This document shows, in pieces, positions 1-8,975 of a DNA stretch of 64,000 nt. The notes beneath the pieces were generated by a model. The model was given only the letters and a program-made list of their open reading frames with translations, had not been told where the DNA came from and did no database searches. Source of the DNA: Candidatus Bathyarchaeota archaeon (lineage in GTDB: Archaea > Thermoproteota > Bathyarchaeia > 40CM-2-53-6 > RBG-13-38-9); contig CAWECG010000004.1 of assembly GCA_963807605.1 (NCBI GenBank), forward strand, positions 160,001 through 224,000, given 5' to 3'. Each line of letters begins with the position of its first letter. Within the stretch, counting starts at the first letter, position 1. The position numbers were made by a program, and so were the translations under genes.

Positions 1-1
1 T

Positions 2-166
2 GTGGTCTGGACATGAACAAGCCCAACCTTCCCCTGCTAGTCGAATATCATAATCGCCATTGCCTGACTGAGACTTCACTGTGTAGGCATATTCATCTAG
101 TCGCTGAATCTGGTTGGGTGACTCGGCTATTGCCTTGCCCCTTTCCATGCGGAAACTGTCAGTCAT
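2..166 (-). CDS. N-terminus of a SWIM zinc-finger protein, probably an archaeal SWIM-DDE (IS6-like) transposase; truncated by the window edge
   Basis: Manual translation: MTDSFRMERGKAIAESPNQIQRLDEYAYTVKSQSGNGDYDIRLAGEGWACSCPDH. The YxVxSQS...Y.I...W.CxCPDH pattern is the start of a SWIM motif. Not in the ORF track. Confidence 0.7.
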   Translation of the reverse strand, partial: MTDSFRMERGKAIAESPNQIQRLDEYAYTVKSQSGNGDYDIRLAGEGWACSCPDH

Positions 167-267
167 ACTACCATACCACAAGTAGTATTATTGTAAGTAG
201 GTCGTATTTAAGCCTATACTATAAAACTTTTATATGATAACAATACATTACTATGGTAAGATGCGAT

Positions 268-430
268 ATGTCCGAACAAGAAACTACCAAGAGAGAAACC
301 ACATCAATCAGAGATCAAACCTGCACTTTGGAAAGAAACCAAAATCGAAGCCATCAGGGAAGGCAAGACAACTTCTGAAGTTGTGGAGGCGGTGTTGGAA
401 GAATGGCTGAAGGAGAAAAGAAAGAAGTAG
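268..430 (+). pseudogene. Ribbon-helix-helix (CopG-like) regulator with a 1-nt frameshift near 312
   Basis: Joining the two frames gives MSEQETTKRETTSIR/IKPALWKETKIEAIREGKTTSEVVEAVLEEWLKEKRKK*, a strand-helix-helix RHH pattern. Confidence 0.65.
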
Positions 431-566
431 AGTCAAGCCCAGAAAAGAATTGGAATGAGTATTACAATAATAGGCGGGATTATCTACAGAAGCTAATAGG
501 TAAGTTCGAATTAGCAGGCAAACGAGGAGAGTGTGTACATTCTAGCGATGGAGCCCTTGCTTTTGG

Positions 567-755
567 ATGGATTCGCAGACTACTCTCGAATACATAAACG
601 AACAACACGAAGTCAACAAGGGATTAGAAAGCAAAATCGCTGACCTGACCAAGATTGTAGAGACATTAAAGAATAAGATGAAAAAGTACGAGTTAACCAT
701 GGACGAATTGACAGGGTACTTCGAAAGACAACGAGACAAGATCGTCGATGAGTGA
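567..755 (+). CDS. Small coiled-coil hypothetical protein (element passenger)
   Basis: 62-aa ORF with heptad character; overlaps the next ORF. Confidence 0.45.
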   Translation: MDSQTTLEYINEQHEVNKGLESKIADLTKIVETLKNKMKKYELTMDELTGYFERQRDKIVDE

Positions 756-1083
756 AGATATAGCTCGACGTTTGAAGAGGCTTCTGGAAGAGTTAGAAAA
801 GGAAGCGGAACAGGAAAAGATTAGAAGGGAGAACAGAGAAAGACCAAAACTCGTTAGATTTGGTCTGAGAGAACATGAGGCAAGAGCATGGCTTGAACAA
901 GAACCCGACTACGATAAACCCATCATCCGACGAAATTTTACAGGAACAAGAAACCGACGCAGACTTGACAGAACCCTTGTGGCACAATGTTTTAAGGAGT
1001 CCTCTTGGGATGGTAAGGAAGATTCGAATGACGAAAAAGAGGAAATCCGGTGGAAGAAGCAAAGGTGGAAAAGGTCGAAGTGA
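748..1083 (+). CDS. Hypothetical charged protein; likely a passenger ORF reading through the element end
   Basis: The ORF crosses the putative IR at 975 and overlaps rps26e, so the C-terminal part is probably fortuitous. Confidence 0.3.
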   Translation: MSEDIARRLKRLLEELEKEAEQEKIRRENRERPKLVRFGLREHEARAWLEQEPDYDKPIIRRNFTGTRNRRRLDRTLVAQCFKESSWDGKEDSNDEKEEIRWKKQRWKRSK

Positions 1084-1306
1084 GCTTGTCCAGTGCACGA
1101 ACTGTGGGATGCTTGTTCCTAGAGACAAGGTCAAGCGGGTGACTAGTAGGTTTTCACTGGTTGATCCGGCGCTGGCAAGAGAGCTAAGGGCAAGCGGAGC
1201 CTACATCGCAAGACCGTCGACCTTCAAGTACTACTGTGTCTCTTGTGCTGTTCATTTTGGTATCTCCAAAGTCAGAGCACGTGACGAGCGCCGCAGGCTC
1301 TACTGA
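1028..1306 (+). CDS. rps26e: 30S ribosomal protein S26e
   Basis: MTKKRKSGGRSKGGKGR...CTNCG.LVPRDK...YCVSCAVH; ATG at 1028 with TATA-like TTTTAAG near 990. Confidence 0.95.
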   Translation: MTKKRKSGGRSKGGKGRSELVQCTNCGMLVPRDKVKRVTSRFSLVDPALARELRASGAYIARPSTFKYYCVSCAVHFGISKVRARDERRRLY

Positions 1307-1328
1307 TCCAACCATCTATGGAGATCAG

Positions 1329-1907
1329 TCAATTGAGATGCCTGTACGCGTAGAGAATTCTATGAACGACCGTTACCGTCGACAGAACAGCGAGAACTAT
1401 GATGCCGTACTCAATGCTTCGCAGGAATGAAGCCGTTACTAGAATGAGTAACCTTTCCGGCCTCTCTGCAAACCCGATACCTGACATCTTGAGCCCCTCA
1501 ACTTCCACTCTGGCCCTCACATAGCTAACCATCAACGAAGCAGAGATAGAAGCCAACCCCCAAAGGGGGCTAGCCAAACCTCCAAGAACGATCCCTGATA
1601 GAATAAAGATCTCTGCAAATCTGTCAAACGTCGAATCCAAGATGCCGCCAAATTTTGTCTCGCCGTAAAGTCTGGCTAGTGATCCGTCGACAGCGTCAAA
1701 GAATCCGGAGATAAGCACTAGACATGGTGCGACCACGAAAGTCCAGAAATCGGAGACCCCGAGAAAAAAGACTAAACCCGCGACAGCCGCGAAGACTAAT
1801 CCTAGGGCAGTCGAGGAATTAGGAGTTAAACCCGCTTTATGAAGGCCGAGAGCTGAGCTGTTGAGAAAGAAGACGAACTTTTGTCTTAGAGCAGAAAGCA
1901 AATTCAC
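1329..1907 (-). CDS. pgsA: CDP-alcohol phosphatidyltransferase (archaetidylinositol-phosphate synthase-like)
   Basis: DAVDGSLAR...GGILDSTFDR signature, SYVRAR, ERPER, multiple TM segments. Confidence 0.88.
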   Translation of the reverse strand: MNLLSALRQKFVFFLNSSALGLHKAGLTPNSSTALGLVFAAVAGLVFFLGVSDFWTFVVAPCLVLISGFFDAVDGSLARLYGETKFGGILDSTFDRFAEIFILSGIVLGGLASPLWGLASISASLMVSYVRARVEVEGLKMSGIGFAERPERLLILVTASFLRSIEYGIIVLAVLSTVTVVHRILYAYRHLN

Positions 1908-2046
1908 TAGCCCTGTCAGAATCTCCCAATCTTGGATTTAAGTACTTCAACATTCAACTTGATACATCCCAGATGCGTATAGTTTTTCAAGCATTCTGAA
2001 GCATAAATCACAGCAATTGTGGATCGGTAGAAGGTGACATAAAGAA

Positions 2047-2253
2047 ATGGGCAGAATAGAAAAGGGCGAAAAGTGTACAGTAAAGGGATGCGGCAATCCC
2101 GCCGTAAGATCCCTCGCAGCCGAAAAGGTGACAAGGACAGGATTGCAGGTCGAAAGCTCGAAAAGGGCTTACCTCTGTAAAGAGCACTACAAGGAAATGA
2201 AGAAGAAATCAAAGAAGGATAGACTTCTAGAAAGATGGCGGATGATGGGGTAA
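2047..2253 (+). CDS. Small basic zinc-binding hypothetical protein
   Basis: CTVKGC...LCKEHY ligand set; lies directly upstream of thrS. Confidence 0.75.
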   Translation: MGRIEKGEKCTVKGCGNPAVRSLAAEKVTRTGLQVESSKRAYLCKEHYKEMKKKSKKDRLLERWRMMG

Positions 2254-2278
2254 AACTCATAGAAGGGGGCTTCACTGT

Positions 2279-4123
2279 CTGAGAGTTCTATTCATACATT
2301 CAAGTCACTTCGAGTATGAAGTAAAAGACAAAGCGGTCGAGGAAGCCGAGTCCATTGATGAAGCGGAAAAGAAGGGTAGCATGGACGAAGTCCTTGTTGC
2401 CTTCTGCTCCGTGGAGAAGACTGATGAGTCTGACTTGGAAACAGTGGCCCTCAAGACCGCAGAGGAGATTGCGAAAATCGCTTCAACTGTGAGAACGGAC
2501 AATGTTCTCATCTATCCATACGCGCATCTGTCGAGCAACCTAGCTCCACCGTCAGTAGCAATCCCCCTTCTGAGGCGAATGACTCAGATAATCGCTTCGA
2601 AGGGGTACAACGTCAGACGAAGCCCGTTTGGGTACTACAAGAGCTTCAAATTGGAATGCAAGGGCCACCCGCTCGCAGAGCTGTCAAGAACCATTACGGC
2701 TGAGAAGGCAGAGGAGAAGGCCGCGGCCGTCGAGACGGAGTACATGGTGCTCGGAACCGACGGTAAGTTATGTAAACCTGAGAACTATCTCTCCTACCCT
2801 GACTCTGAGTTCAAGTCACTTGTCATGAAAGAGGCTCTTCGAAAGGAACTGCCCGGTGGCCAGCCGAAGTTTCTGGACTATTGCCGAAAGTTCGGTATCG
2901 AATGGGAACCCTACTCAGATGTCGGCCACATGCGGTATGGACCTGAGGGTACCCTCTTGTTTGACCTGATCAGTGAGTATGCTTGGCTACAAGCCAACTC
3001 TATTGGCATACCTTTGGTTCGAGTCAGAGGCACTAACATGTTTGACTTGGCAATCAGACCCGTCAGAGAACACGCCAAGCTCTTCGGAGATAGGCTGTAC
3101 GAGATAAACGTGGATGAGAAAAGTTTCGTCCTGAGGTATGCCGCTTGTCACCAGCAGTTTGCCATGGTCAAGGATTGGTCTCTAAGCTACAAGCAACTTC
3201 CTTTCGGGACTTTTGAAGTCGCAGACAGCTATAGACTGGAGCAGAGCGGGGAACTATTGCTGTGTTTCCGGGTTAGAAAACTCCACATGCCCGACCTCCA
3301 TGTCTACTGCAAGGGCGTTGACGAAGCGAAGGAACTTTCTAGAAAAGTTCACGATAAGATCTACAGTGAAATAAGGAAACTTGGAAGGGAATACGTCTCG
3401 ATATACAATACCACCAGAGAATTCTTCGAGTCGAACCGAGAGTTCTTTATGCAGCTTGTAGAGGTTGAGCAGAAACCGATACTATTGAACTTCGTGCCTG
3501 AGGGAATCTTCTATTGGGTCCTGAATGTAGAATACACAATAATTGACGACTTGAACAGGCCTCGCGAGATAGCGACTTTCCAGATCGACATTGGCAACGC
3601 TGACCGATTCAACATTGCGTACACCGATTCCAAGGGTCTGAGGCAGTATCCTGCAATAATACACACTGCAATCATCGGGACGATAGAACGATACCTCTTC
3701 ACAGTCCTCGACTGTGCAGTGAAGGCAGAGAATCGAGGCGAGAAACCTAAGCTTCCAGTTTGGCTTTCACCGACTCAGGTCAGAATAATCCCTGTAACTT
3801 CAAATCAGATGGAACACGCCAATCTCATAGCGGCCGGGCTCGAAGAACGGCAAATAAGAGTAGATGTCGACGATCGTGAAGAGACGCTTCAAAAGAGAAT
3901 TAGGGATGCAGAAATCAGCTGGGTTCCGTATGTCATCGTTATTGGTCGAAAGGAGTCCGGAGCAGGTGAGTTTCCAGTTAGAGTAAGGGAGGAGGGGAGA
4001 TCTCGAATTATGAGTACTGACGTGATTGTACGAGAGCTAAAGGAGAGAACCAAGGGTTATCCATTCATTCCCTTACCTTTGCCAAGGCTGTTAAGCACTA
4101 GGCCAGGCTACAAGCGAATCTGA
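2279..4123 (+). CDS. thrS: Threonine--tRNA ligase, archaeal type with N-terminal editing domain; probable CTG start
   Basis: LRVLFIHSSHFEYEVKDKA N-terminus, YPYAHLS and SPFGYYKSF.L.CKGHPLAELSR editing motifs, class II core, anticodon-binding domain (PVWLSPTQVRIIP). Confidence 0.95.
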   Translation: MRVLFIHSSHFEYEVKDKAVEEAESIDEAEKKGSMDEVLVAFCSVEKTDESDLETVALKTAEEIAKIASTVRTDNVLIYPYAHLSSNLAPPSVAIPLLRRMTQIIASKGYNVRRSPFGYYKSFKLECKGHPLAELSRTITAEKAEEKAAAVETEYMVLGTDGKLCKPENYLSYPDSEFKSLVMKEALRKELPGGQPKFLDYCRKFGIEWEPYSDVGHMRYGPEGTLLFDLISEYAWLQANSIGIPLVRVRGTNMFDLAIRPVREHAKLFGDRLYEINVDEKSFVLRYAACHQQFAMVKDWSLSYKQLPFGTFEVADSYRLEQSGELLLCFRVRKLHMPDLHVYCKGVDEAKELSRKVHDKIYSEIRKLGREYVSIYNTTREFFESNREFFMQLVEVEQKPILLNFVPEGIFYWVLNVEYTIIDDLNRPREIATFQIDIGNADRFNIAYTDSKGLRQYPAIIHTAIIGTIERYLFTVLDCAVKAENRGEKPKLPVWLSPTQVRIIPVTSNQMEHANLIAAGLEERQIRVDVDDREETLQKRIRDAEISWVPYVIVIGRKESGAGEFPVRVREEGRSRIMSTDVIVRELKERTKGYPFIPLPLPRLLSTRPGYKRI

Positions 4124-4152
4124 ACGGAAGCAGTGAGTTTCCCTACCGCTCT

Positions 4153-4165
4153 GAAAGTTTTATAT
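4153..4165 (+). promoter_or_regulatory. BRE/TATA promoter
   Basis: GAAAG-TTTTATAT about 40 nt upstream of ATG 4206. Confidence 0.55.
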
Positions 4166-4205
4166 TGTGACTAAGCCTTATTCACTGAGAACTAAGTGAT
4201 GTGTG

Positions 4206-4484
4206 ATGAACCGAGATCAGATCTACGGTGGATTGATACTCCTCATCTCATTGATCGTGGCAATCATCTATATCGCGGCCTTCTTTGCGCCTTGGGTCTC
4301 CATGCTCTTCTCAGCGTGGCCTGCATGGCTTAACTGGTGGGCAGTGGCTATCCCTGTCTTTCTCTTCGTTGTAGCCGCACTGCTGATCTGCATGTGGATA
4401 GGTTGGACAATGTTGACAACCCCCCCTCCTGCTCCACTCGAGACCGAACCAACTTCGGCGCCAGCCACTGAAACCAAAGAATAG
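4206..4484 (+). CDS. Small two-TM membrane protein with a Pro-rich tail
   Basis: MNRDQIYGG...WIGWTMLTTPPPAP; promoter immediately upstream. Confidence 0.8.
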   Translation: MNRDQIYGGLILLISLIVAIIYIAAFFAPWVSMLFSAWPAWLNWWAVAIPVFLFVVAALLICMWIGWTMLTTPPPAPLETEPTSAPATETKE

Positions 4485-4575
4485 AGCTCACGATTTGACA
4501 GCCGGATGCTTTCCGTCTGAAATATCCTCTTTTCATTTCTTCTCGTTCAAACTGCCAGATGGATCCATGACAGAG

Positions 4576-5319
4576 CTAGAATACACTCTCTCTAGAGTAA
4601 ACCTCGATCCCGTTGGAGGTTATTCTGTACGGTCTAATCTGGGTATCTATGGGAGTCTCTCTCATTTTCTCTATCTGAAGAACCCGTGTAATCGACTTCC
4701 CTACCTGCAATGTCTGAAGAACGATTACACCGTGAGCCAGATACTCCTCCAGTTGCAGGCTTCTCTCTAACCCTGATGTTCTCATTTCAGTGGTCATGAG
4801 CGTTGTCGCTCCAGTAGCTGAGAGGACGTCCATAAGGTCTAAGATTATAGCTCGGCGTTGAATTATATCTGGGTACTGAAAGACAAGAGAGGTTATGGGG
4901 TCAAGGATCAGCCGTTCGGCACGAACAGATTTGGCGCTCGACCTAATGTTTTGGAGTGCGCTATTCAGCGAGAACTCCCTCCTACCTATTGCTAGCTTTC
5001 CGCTTCGAGACTCACCCTCCGATTTCTGGGTTGGCGAGAGATCTGTAAATGCCCACTTTTTCGCTCTCTCGAATTCTAAGATATCCCAGCCGTATGAAAC
5101 CATTTCTCTTGTCAGGTGATTTCTGCTTTCGTCCAAACTGATGAACAGTCCAGCTTGACCGTAGTCTTTGATTCCATTGATAAGGAATTGTGCACACAAT
5201 GTGGTCTTGCCAGTACCTGGACCACCGACGACCAAAACGACACGACCCTTAGGAATGCCACCGGCCAACATCTCATCCAAGCCGGAGATCCCAGTTGGCA
5301 CCCTCTCTATCTTCGACAT
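4576..5319 (-). CDS. KaiC/RAD55-like RecA-superfamily ATPase (single domain)
   Basis: TGISGLDEML.GGIP, Walker A GGPGTGKT, LILD, R.LQIEKMRET. Confidence 0.9.
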   Translation of the reverse strand: MSKIERVPTGISGLDEMLAGGIPKGRVVLVVGGPGTGKTTLCAQFLINGIKDYGQAGLFISLDESRNHLTREMVSYGWDILEFERAKKWAFTDLSPTQKSEGESRSGKLAIGRREFSLNSALQNIRSSAKSVRAERLILDPITSLVFQYPDIIQRRAIILDLMDVLSATGATTLMTTEMRTSGLERSLQLEEYLAHGVIVLQTLQVGKSITRVLQIEKMRETPIDTQIRPYRITSNGIEVYSRESVF

Positions 5320-5520
5320 GCGATATCCTCGTTGCGTTATACATTAGTTGATGATAGACGATTTAACGATTTTGAGACAGAGAAGTCGAAAGATAGAGGA
5401 TAGAGTGAATTCAAGACAGCCGATAGACGACGGCGGTTCGGATTGTAGGCGGTTATTGTAAACCTATATATCCATCAGGCAAGAAATGATAGATCGTTTC
5501 TGATCTCTCGCAAGAGACTG

Positions 5521-6036
5521 GTGTGCATCTTGGTGAAAGAAGATTTTGAAAAAGCAATAAGCGCTGCAGAAAAGCAATCTTCCTCCTTCAGAGCAGAACA
5601 GGTCGCGATGAGAGCTGCTCTTGACGAGCTCAAGAAAATGCGTGAAGGGCACGAAGTGGATGACACTCTTTACGAGGAATTGTATCAGAAATACTCACAG
5701 CGCCTTACGGAAGCAAATGAGAAAGCGGAAGAGCACAAAGGCATCACCCAGAGCCTAAGAAACATAGCCAAGTACGAAAGAGAATTAGGCCAACTTCGAG
5801 AGTCTCAGCAAGAGTTTGCGGAAAGACTTGACAAGACTGATATCAAACTTGACGAAGAACGGAGCAAGATCATGGAGATGGCGGAACGCTTTGGAGTGGT
5901 TCTAGGCCATTATGAAGGGAGGCCTGCGCGCGCGCGCTCATCGAGAGAGGTAGCGCAGGCAGACTCTGAGATCGAGCGCCTCAGAAAAGAGATCTTGACA
6001 GAACTTGAGAGGGTCAAGTCACAAACGAAGAAATGA
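5521..6036 (+). CDS. Coiled-coil hypothetical protein
   Basis: 171-aa charged helical ORF, divergent from the KaiC-like gene. Confidence 0.75.
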   Translation: MCILVKEDFEKAISAAEKQSSSFRAEQVAMRAALDELKKMREGHEVDDTLYEELYQKYSQRLTEANEKAEEHKGITQSLRNIAKYERELGQLRESQQEFAERLDKTDIKLDEERSKIMEMAERFGVVLGHYEGRPARARSSREVAQADSEIERLRKEILTELERVKSQTKK

Positions 6037-6142
6037 TCGTGTTGGAAGGGGAAGCGGGTCTTCCTTGCCCGCTAGCAAAAGGAAAGAGTCTTCTAGAAGG
6101 GTGTAGGGACGGTGCTTCCAATCTAGCTGTTGGAGGGAAACT

Positions 6143-6697
6143 ATGTTAGTCTTGAACCAAATCTCGATGCAGCTAGATTGGCAAACCCTGACAATAATTC
6201 TGCCCTTCGGAATGGTTGTCGTGGTCGTAATTTTGGGTGAAATACTGTTTAGAAGAAGACACAAGCGCGTCGGTTCACACGAGGTCGAGTTGGAAAGTGC
6301 CGACATTCAGGCCCCACCTATTCAGGGTCCACCAAATGAGTCGTATGACGAAGACTCGGAGGAGAATAAGCTTGAGAGACTCGAAGCCGAACTGGAAAAG
6401 ACATCAAGACTCTATTCTTCGGGAGAAATAGGACGAGAAGAGTTCTCAGACCGCATCCGCATAGTCGAGGACGAATTGCTAACACTCAAACCTCCTAGCC
6501 CACCGGCTGAAGGGCCTAAGATTGAGGAGCCTAAGATTGAACCGCCTAAGATTGAGGAGCCTAAGATTGAACCGCCTAAGATTGAGGAGCCTAAGATTGA
6601 ACCGCCTGAGATGAGACGTTGTATACACTGCAACCAAGAAATTCCACTCGACGCAGTGTATTGCGATAGGTGCGGTCGCTATCTTGGCGTTTCTTAA
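6143..6697 (+). CDS. Membrane-anchored protein with SHOCT-like helix, PKIEE/PKIEP repeats and C-terminal zinc ribbon
   Basis: N-terminal TM, LYSSGEIGREEF, CIHC...YCDRCG. Confidence 0.8.
   Translation: MLVLNQISMQLDWQTLTIILPFGMVVVVVILGEILFRRRHKRVGSHEVELESADIQAPPIQGPPNESYDEDSEENKLERLEAELEKTSRLYSSGEIGREEFSDRIRIVEDELLTLKPPSPPAEGPKIEEPKIEPPKIEEPKIEPPKIEEPKIEPPEMRRCIHCNQEIPLDAVYCDRCGRYLGVS
6515..6604 (+). repeat. Perfect coding tandem repeat, 3 x 30 bp (alternating 15-mers)
   Basis: (CCTAAGATTGAGGAG-CCTAAGATTGAACCG) x3. Confidence 0.95.
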
Positions 6698-6771
6698 ACA
6701 AGTTGAACTTAAGATCGTGAGAGAGCCGGACAACTTTCGGTATTAGCAATATAAGATATAGTCATCGATCC

Positions 6772-7194
6772 CTAGGATCTGAAGAAGTAGCGAGGCCATT
6801 GGGGCCAGCCTTCAGTCTGTGTATTTTCGAAATCTACAGTCAGGTCCATCCCTATCTTGGCTTCCATTCCTTCATCCAAGGAGATTCGACCTGGAAGAGA
6901 CACTCCTTCCTCAAGTCTGACTATCCCGATAGTGTACGGGACTTGAGAGTTGAATTTCTTAGGAGCTATATGAACGACTGAGTATGTCTGAAGTTTCCCT
7001 CTCCCACTGAGTTCTGTCCATCGGAAGCTCGAGGAATAACAGTCTGGACAGACTATTCTTGGAGGAACAAAAAGTCTTTCGCATTTGGTGCACTTGACGG
7101 CCATGAGTCTGTCATGTCCGCAGAATTTGTAGAAGTTCTGAATAGTTGGGCAGATCTCGCCCTTCTCATCACGGTCAAAACCGATCTCTTCCAT
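6772..7194 (-). CDS. DUF35 zinc-ribbon/OB-fold protein (thiolase partner)
   Basis: CTKC...PPRIVCPDC, G.G.L.TYSVVH, PY.IGIV.LEEG. Confidence 0.9.
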   Translation of the reverse strand: MEEIGFDRDEKGEICPTIQNFYKFCGHDRLMAVKCTKCERLFVPPRIVCPDCYSSSFRWTELSGRGKLQTYSVVHIAPKKFNSQVPYTIGIVRLEEGVSLPGRISLDEGMEAKIGMDLTVDFENTQTEGWPQWPRYFFRS

Positions 7195-7255
7195 CCGTTA
7201 TTCCTCTGAGATTTAATTCTGCGATAGCATCAATTTAAGTCGTACTGTGACCAGG

Positions 7256-7645
7256 TCACACCTTATCTGATTGCTTTGCTCCGCACTTATCACAATAGAT
7301 CGCCGCATCATCCATTATCACATCGCAGGAGCTACAGTGCCTCTGTTTCGTGCGAGCAAACTCGGAGACAGGAATTCCGCCAGAACTGCTTCCGATCTCG
7401 ACTACTCGAACACGGGGCGCCTGACGCTTTTGTTTGGGTTTTGAGATGGGGTGTTTTGAGATGGGGTGTCTTGAGATGTGGTGCTTTGAGATGTTACGGA
7501 TTCGTGCACGGAGATCCGAGAGGTAAATTACCACTACAATCGCAACTATAGAGACTGCCAAGATTTGAAAGAGCAAGTGGTACGAGAATGGTACTAACAG
7601 ACTTGAATAATCGGATATCAAGCAGTTTCCACTATCAGCTTTCAT
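7256..7645 (-). CDS. Membrane protein with (S/R)HPIS-type repeats and C-terminal zinc ribbon
   Basis: TM helix, CSSC...YCDKCG; overlaps the thiolase stop (ATGA). Confidence 0.7.
   Translation of the reverse strand: MKADSGNCLISDYSSLLVPFSYHLLFQILAVSIVAIVVVIYLSDLRARIRNISKHHISRHPISKHPISKPKQKRQAPRVRVVEIGSSSGGIPVSEFARTKQRHCSSCDVIMDDAAIYCDKCGAKQSDKV
7441..7494 (-). repeat. Imperfect 15-bp coding tandem repeat, about 3.5 copies
   Basis: TTGAGATGGGGTGTT / TTGAGATGGGGTGTC / TTGAGATGTGGTGCT / TTGAGATGT. Confidence 0.85.
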
Positions 7646-8814
7646 CTAGCCTTGTAGATATGCACAACTGCTGTCGACCCGTGACCTCCAAGATTGTGAG
7701 TGAGACCTATTTGAGCACCATCCACTTGCCTCTGATCAGCCTGCCTAGTCAGTTGAAGATAGATCTCGTAGGCTTGAGCGCATCCGGTGGCACCGACTGG
7801 GTGCCCTTTCGACTTGAGGCCACCACTTGTATTCACTGGGATTCTCCCAGTGATCTCAGTATCACCAGATTCAATGAGTTTTCCGCCCTCACCCTTCCTG
7901 CAAAAGCCAAGGTCTTCATAGGCTATTAGCTCCGCTATTGTGAAGCAATCGTGAACCTCAGCGACATCGATGTCTTTAGACTCGACACCTGACATCTTAT
8001 ATGCTTCTCTGGCAGCTAGGGAAGCCGAGCGAATAGATGTCAAATCGTCTCTCTCATAGAGACCAATAGTATCGCTGGCCTGGCCACTTCCAATAATGTC
8101 CACAGGTTCATCCGTATACTTACTTGCCAGCTCTGAATTCGCAAGGATAAGGCAAGAGGCACCGTCCGAGATCAGTGAACAGTCGAATAACTTGAGGGGG
8201 GATGCCACGATCCTTGAAGTCAAGGCTTGGTCGAGGGTTATCTCCTTCTGTATATGCGCCTTAGGGTTCTTTGCGCCATTCCGGTGATTCTTGACAGCAA
8301 CCCGTGCCATCTGCTCTTCAGTGGTTTTGTAAGAGTGCATGTGAGCTCTCGCCATCAGAGCAAAAAGAGCTGGAAAGGTGAAGCCATGCCACTGTTCAAA
8401 GAGGTTATCAGCGGACATTGCAAGATACTCTGTTGCATCAGAAGTTGACAGGTGTGTCTGCTTTTCGACACCGCCGACCAGAACAATGTCCGAAAGCCCC
8501 GACATGATAGCTTGGATCCCACATCGGAGAGCAGTTCCCGAGGAAGCACACGCATTCTCAAGCCTGACAGCAGGAAGAGGATTCAGTCCTAACCAATCTG
8601 CTGCCAAAGGTCCACTGTGCCCTTGGTGCTCAGTGGACTCCATCATGTGCCCAATAAATAGTGCTCTGATGTCCCTCTTTGGATTAAGCTCAGGGCATCT
8701 GTCGAAAGCCTCTTTCGCTGCCTGCGCAAGAATCTCTCTCCCAGAGAGACCGTCAAGTTTTCCAAATCTTGAGAGCCCCGCCGAGATAATGGTAGCCAAC
8801 GCTTTGCCAGCCAA
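7642..8814 (-). CDS. Thiolase (acetyl-CoA acetyltransferase, archaeal/SCP2-like)
   Basis: ENACASS, EVHDCF, GGLKSKGHPVGATG, HNLGG motifs; start reassigned to TTG at 8814. Confidence 0.92.
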   Translation of the reverse strand: MAGKALATIISAGLSRFGKLDGLSGREILAQAAKEAFDRCPELNPKRDIRALFIGHMMESTEHQGHSGPLAADWLGLNPLPAVRLENACASSGTALRCGIQAIMSGLSDIVLVGGVEKQTHLSTSDATEYLAMSADNLFEQWHGFTFPALFALMARAHMHSYKTTEEQMARVAVKNHRNGAKNPKAHIQKEITLDQALTSRIVASPLKLFDCSLISDGASCLILANSELASKYTDEPVDIIGSGQASDTIGLYERDDLTSIRSASLAAREAYKMSGVESKDIDVAEVHDCFTIAELIAYEDLGFCRKGEGGKLIESGDTEITGRIPVNTSGGLKSKGHPVGATGCAQAYEIYLQLTRQADQRQVDGAQIGLTHNLGGHGSTAVVHIYKAR

Positions 8815-8975
8815 GTCAGATCGTCTCACTAAGGTTGAGTAGATGAATTTCAATTTATCTCTGCGAACATGTCGATCGTTGCCACGTATCAATCCTAAGA
8901 AGCTGACCTGATCGAGTCTAACTGAAACTAAATAACATAGGGATCGCACAACTAACGCGCCGGCAAGTGAGTAAG

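Larger units (their letters stand above)
1..975 (-). mobile_element. Probable IS6-family element carrying passenger genes; one end visible, the rest runs off the window start
   Basis: 963-975 read inward on the - strand is GGTTCTGTCAAGT, matching the IS6 terminal IR signature GG(T/C)(T/A)CTGT(T/C). The interval also holds a SWIM-finger ORF start, an RHH gene and small orphans. The partner IR is not in the window. Confidence 0.5.

Noticed and set aside
13-237. 74-aa + strand ORF
   Set aside because: It is the shadow of the - strand SWIM ORF and the intergenic control region.
875-1027. 51-aa N-terminal extension of S26e
   Set aside because: The family begins at MTKKR (1028). The extension spans the promoter and the putative IS end.
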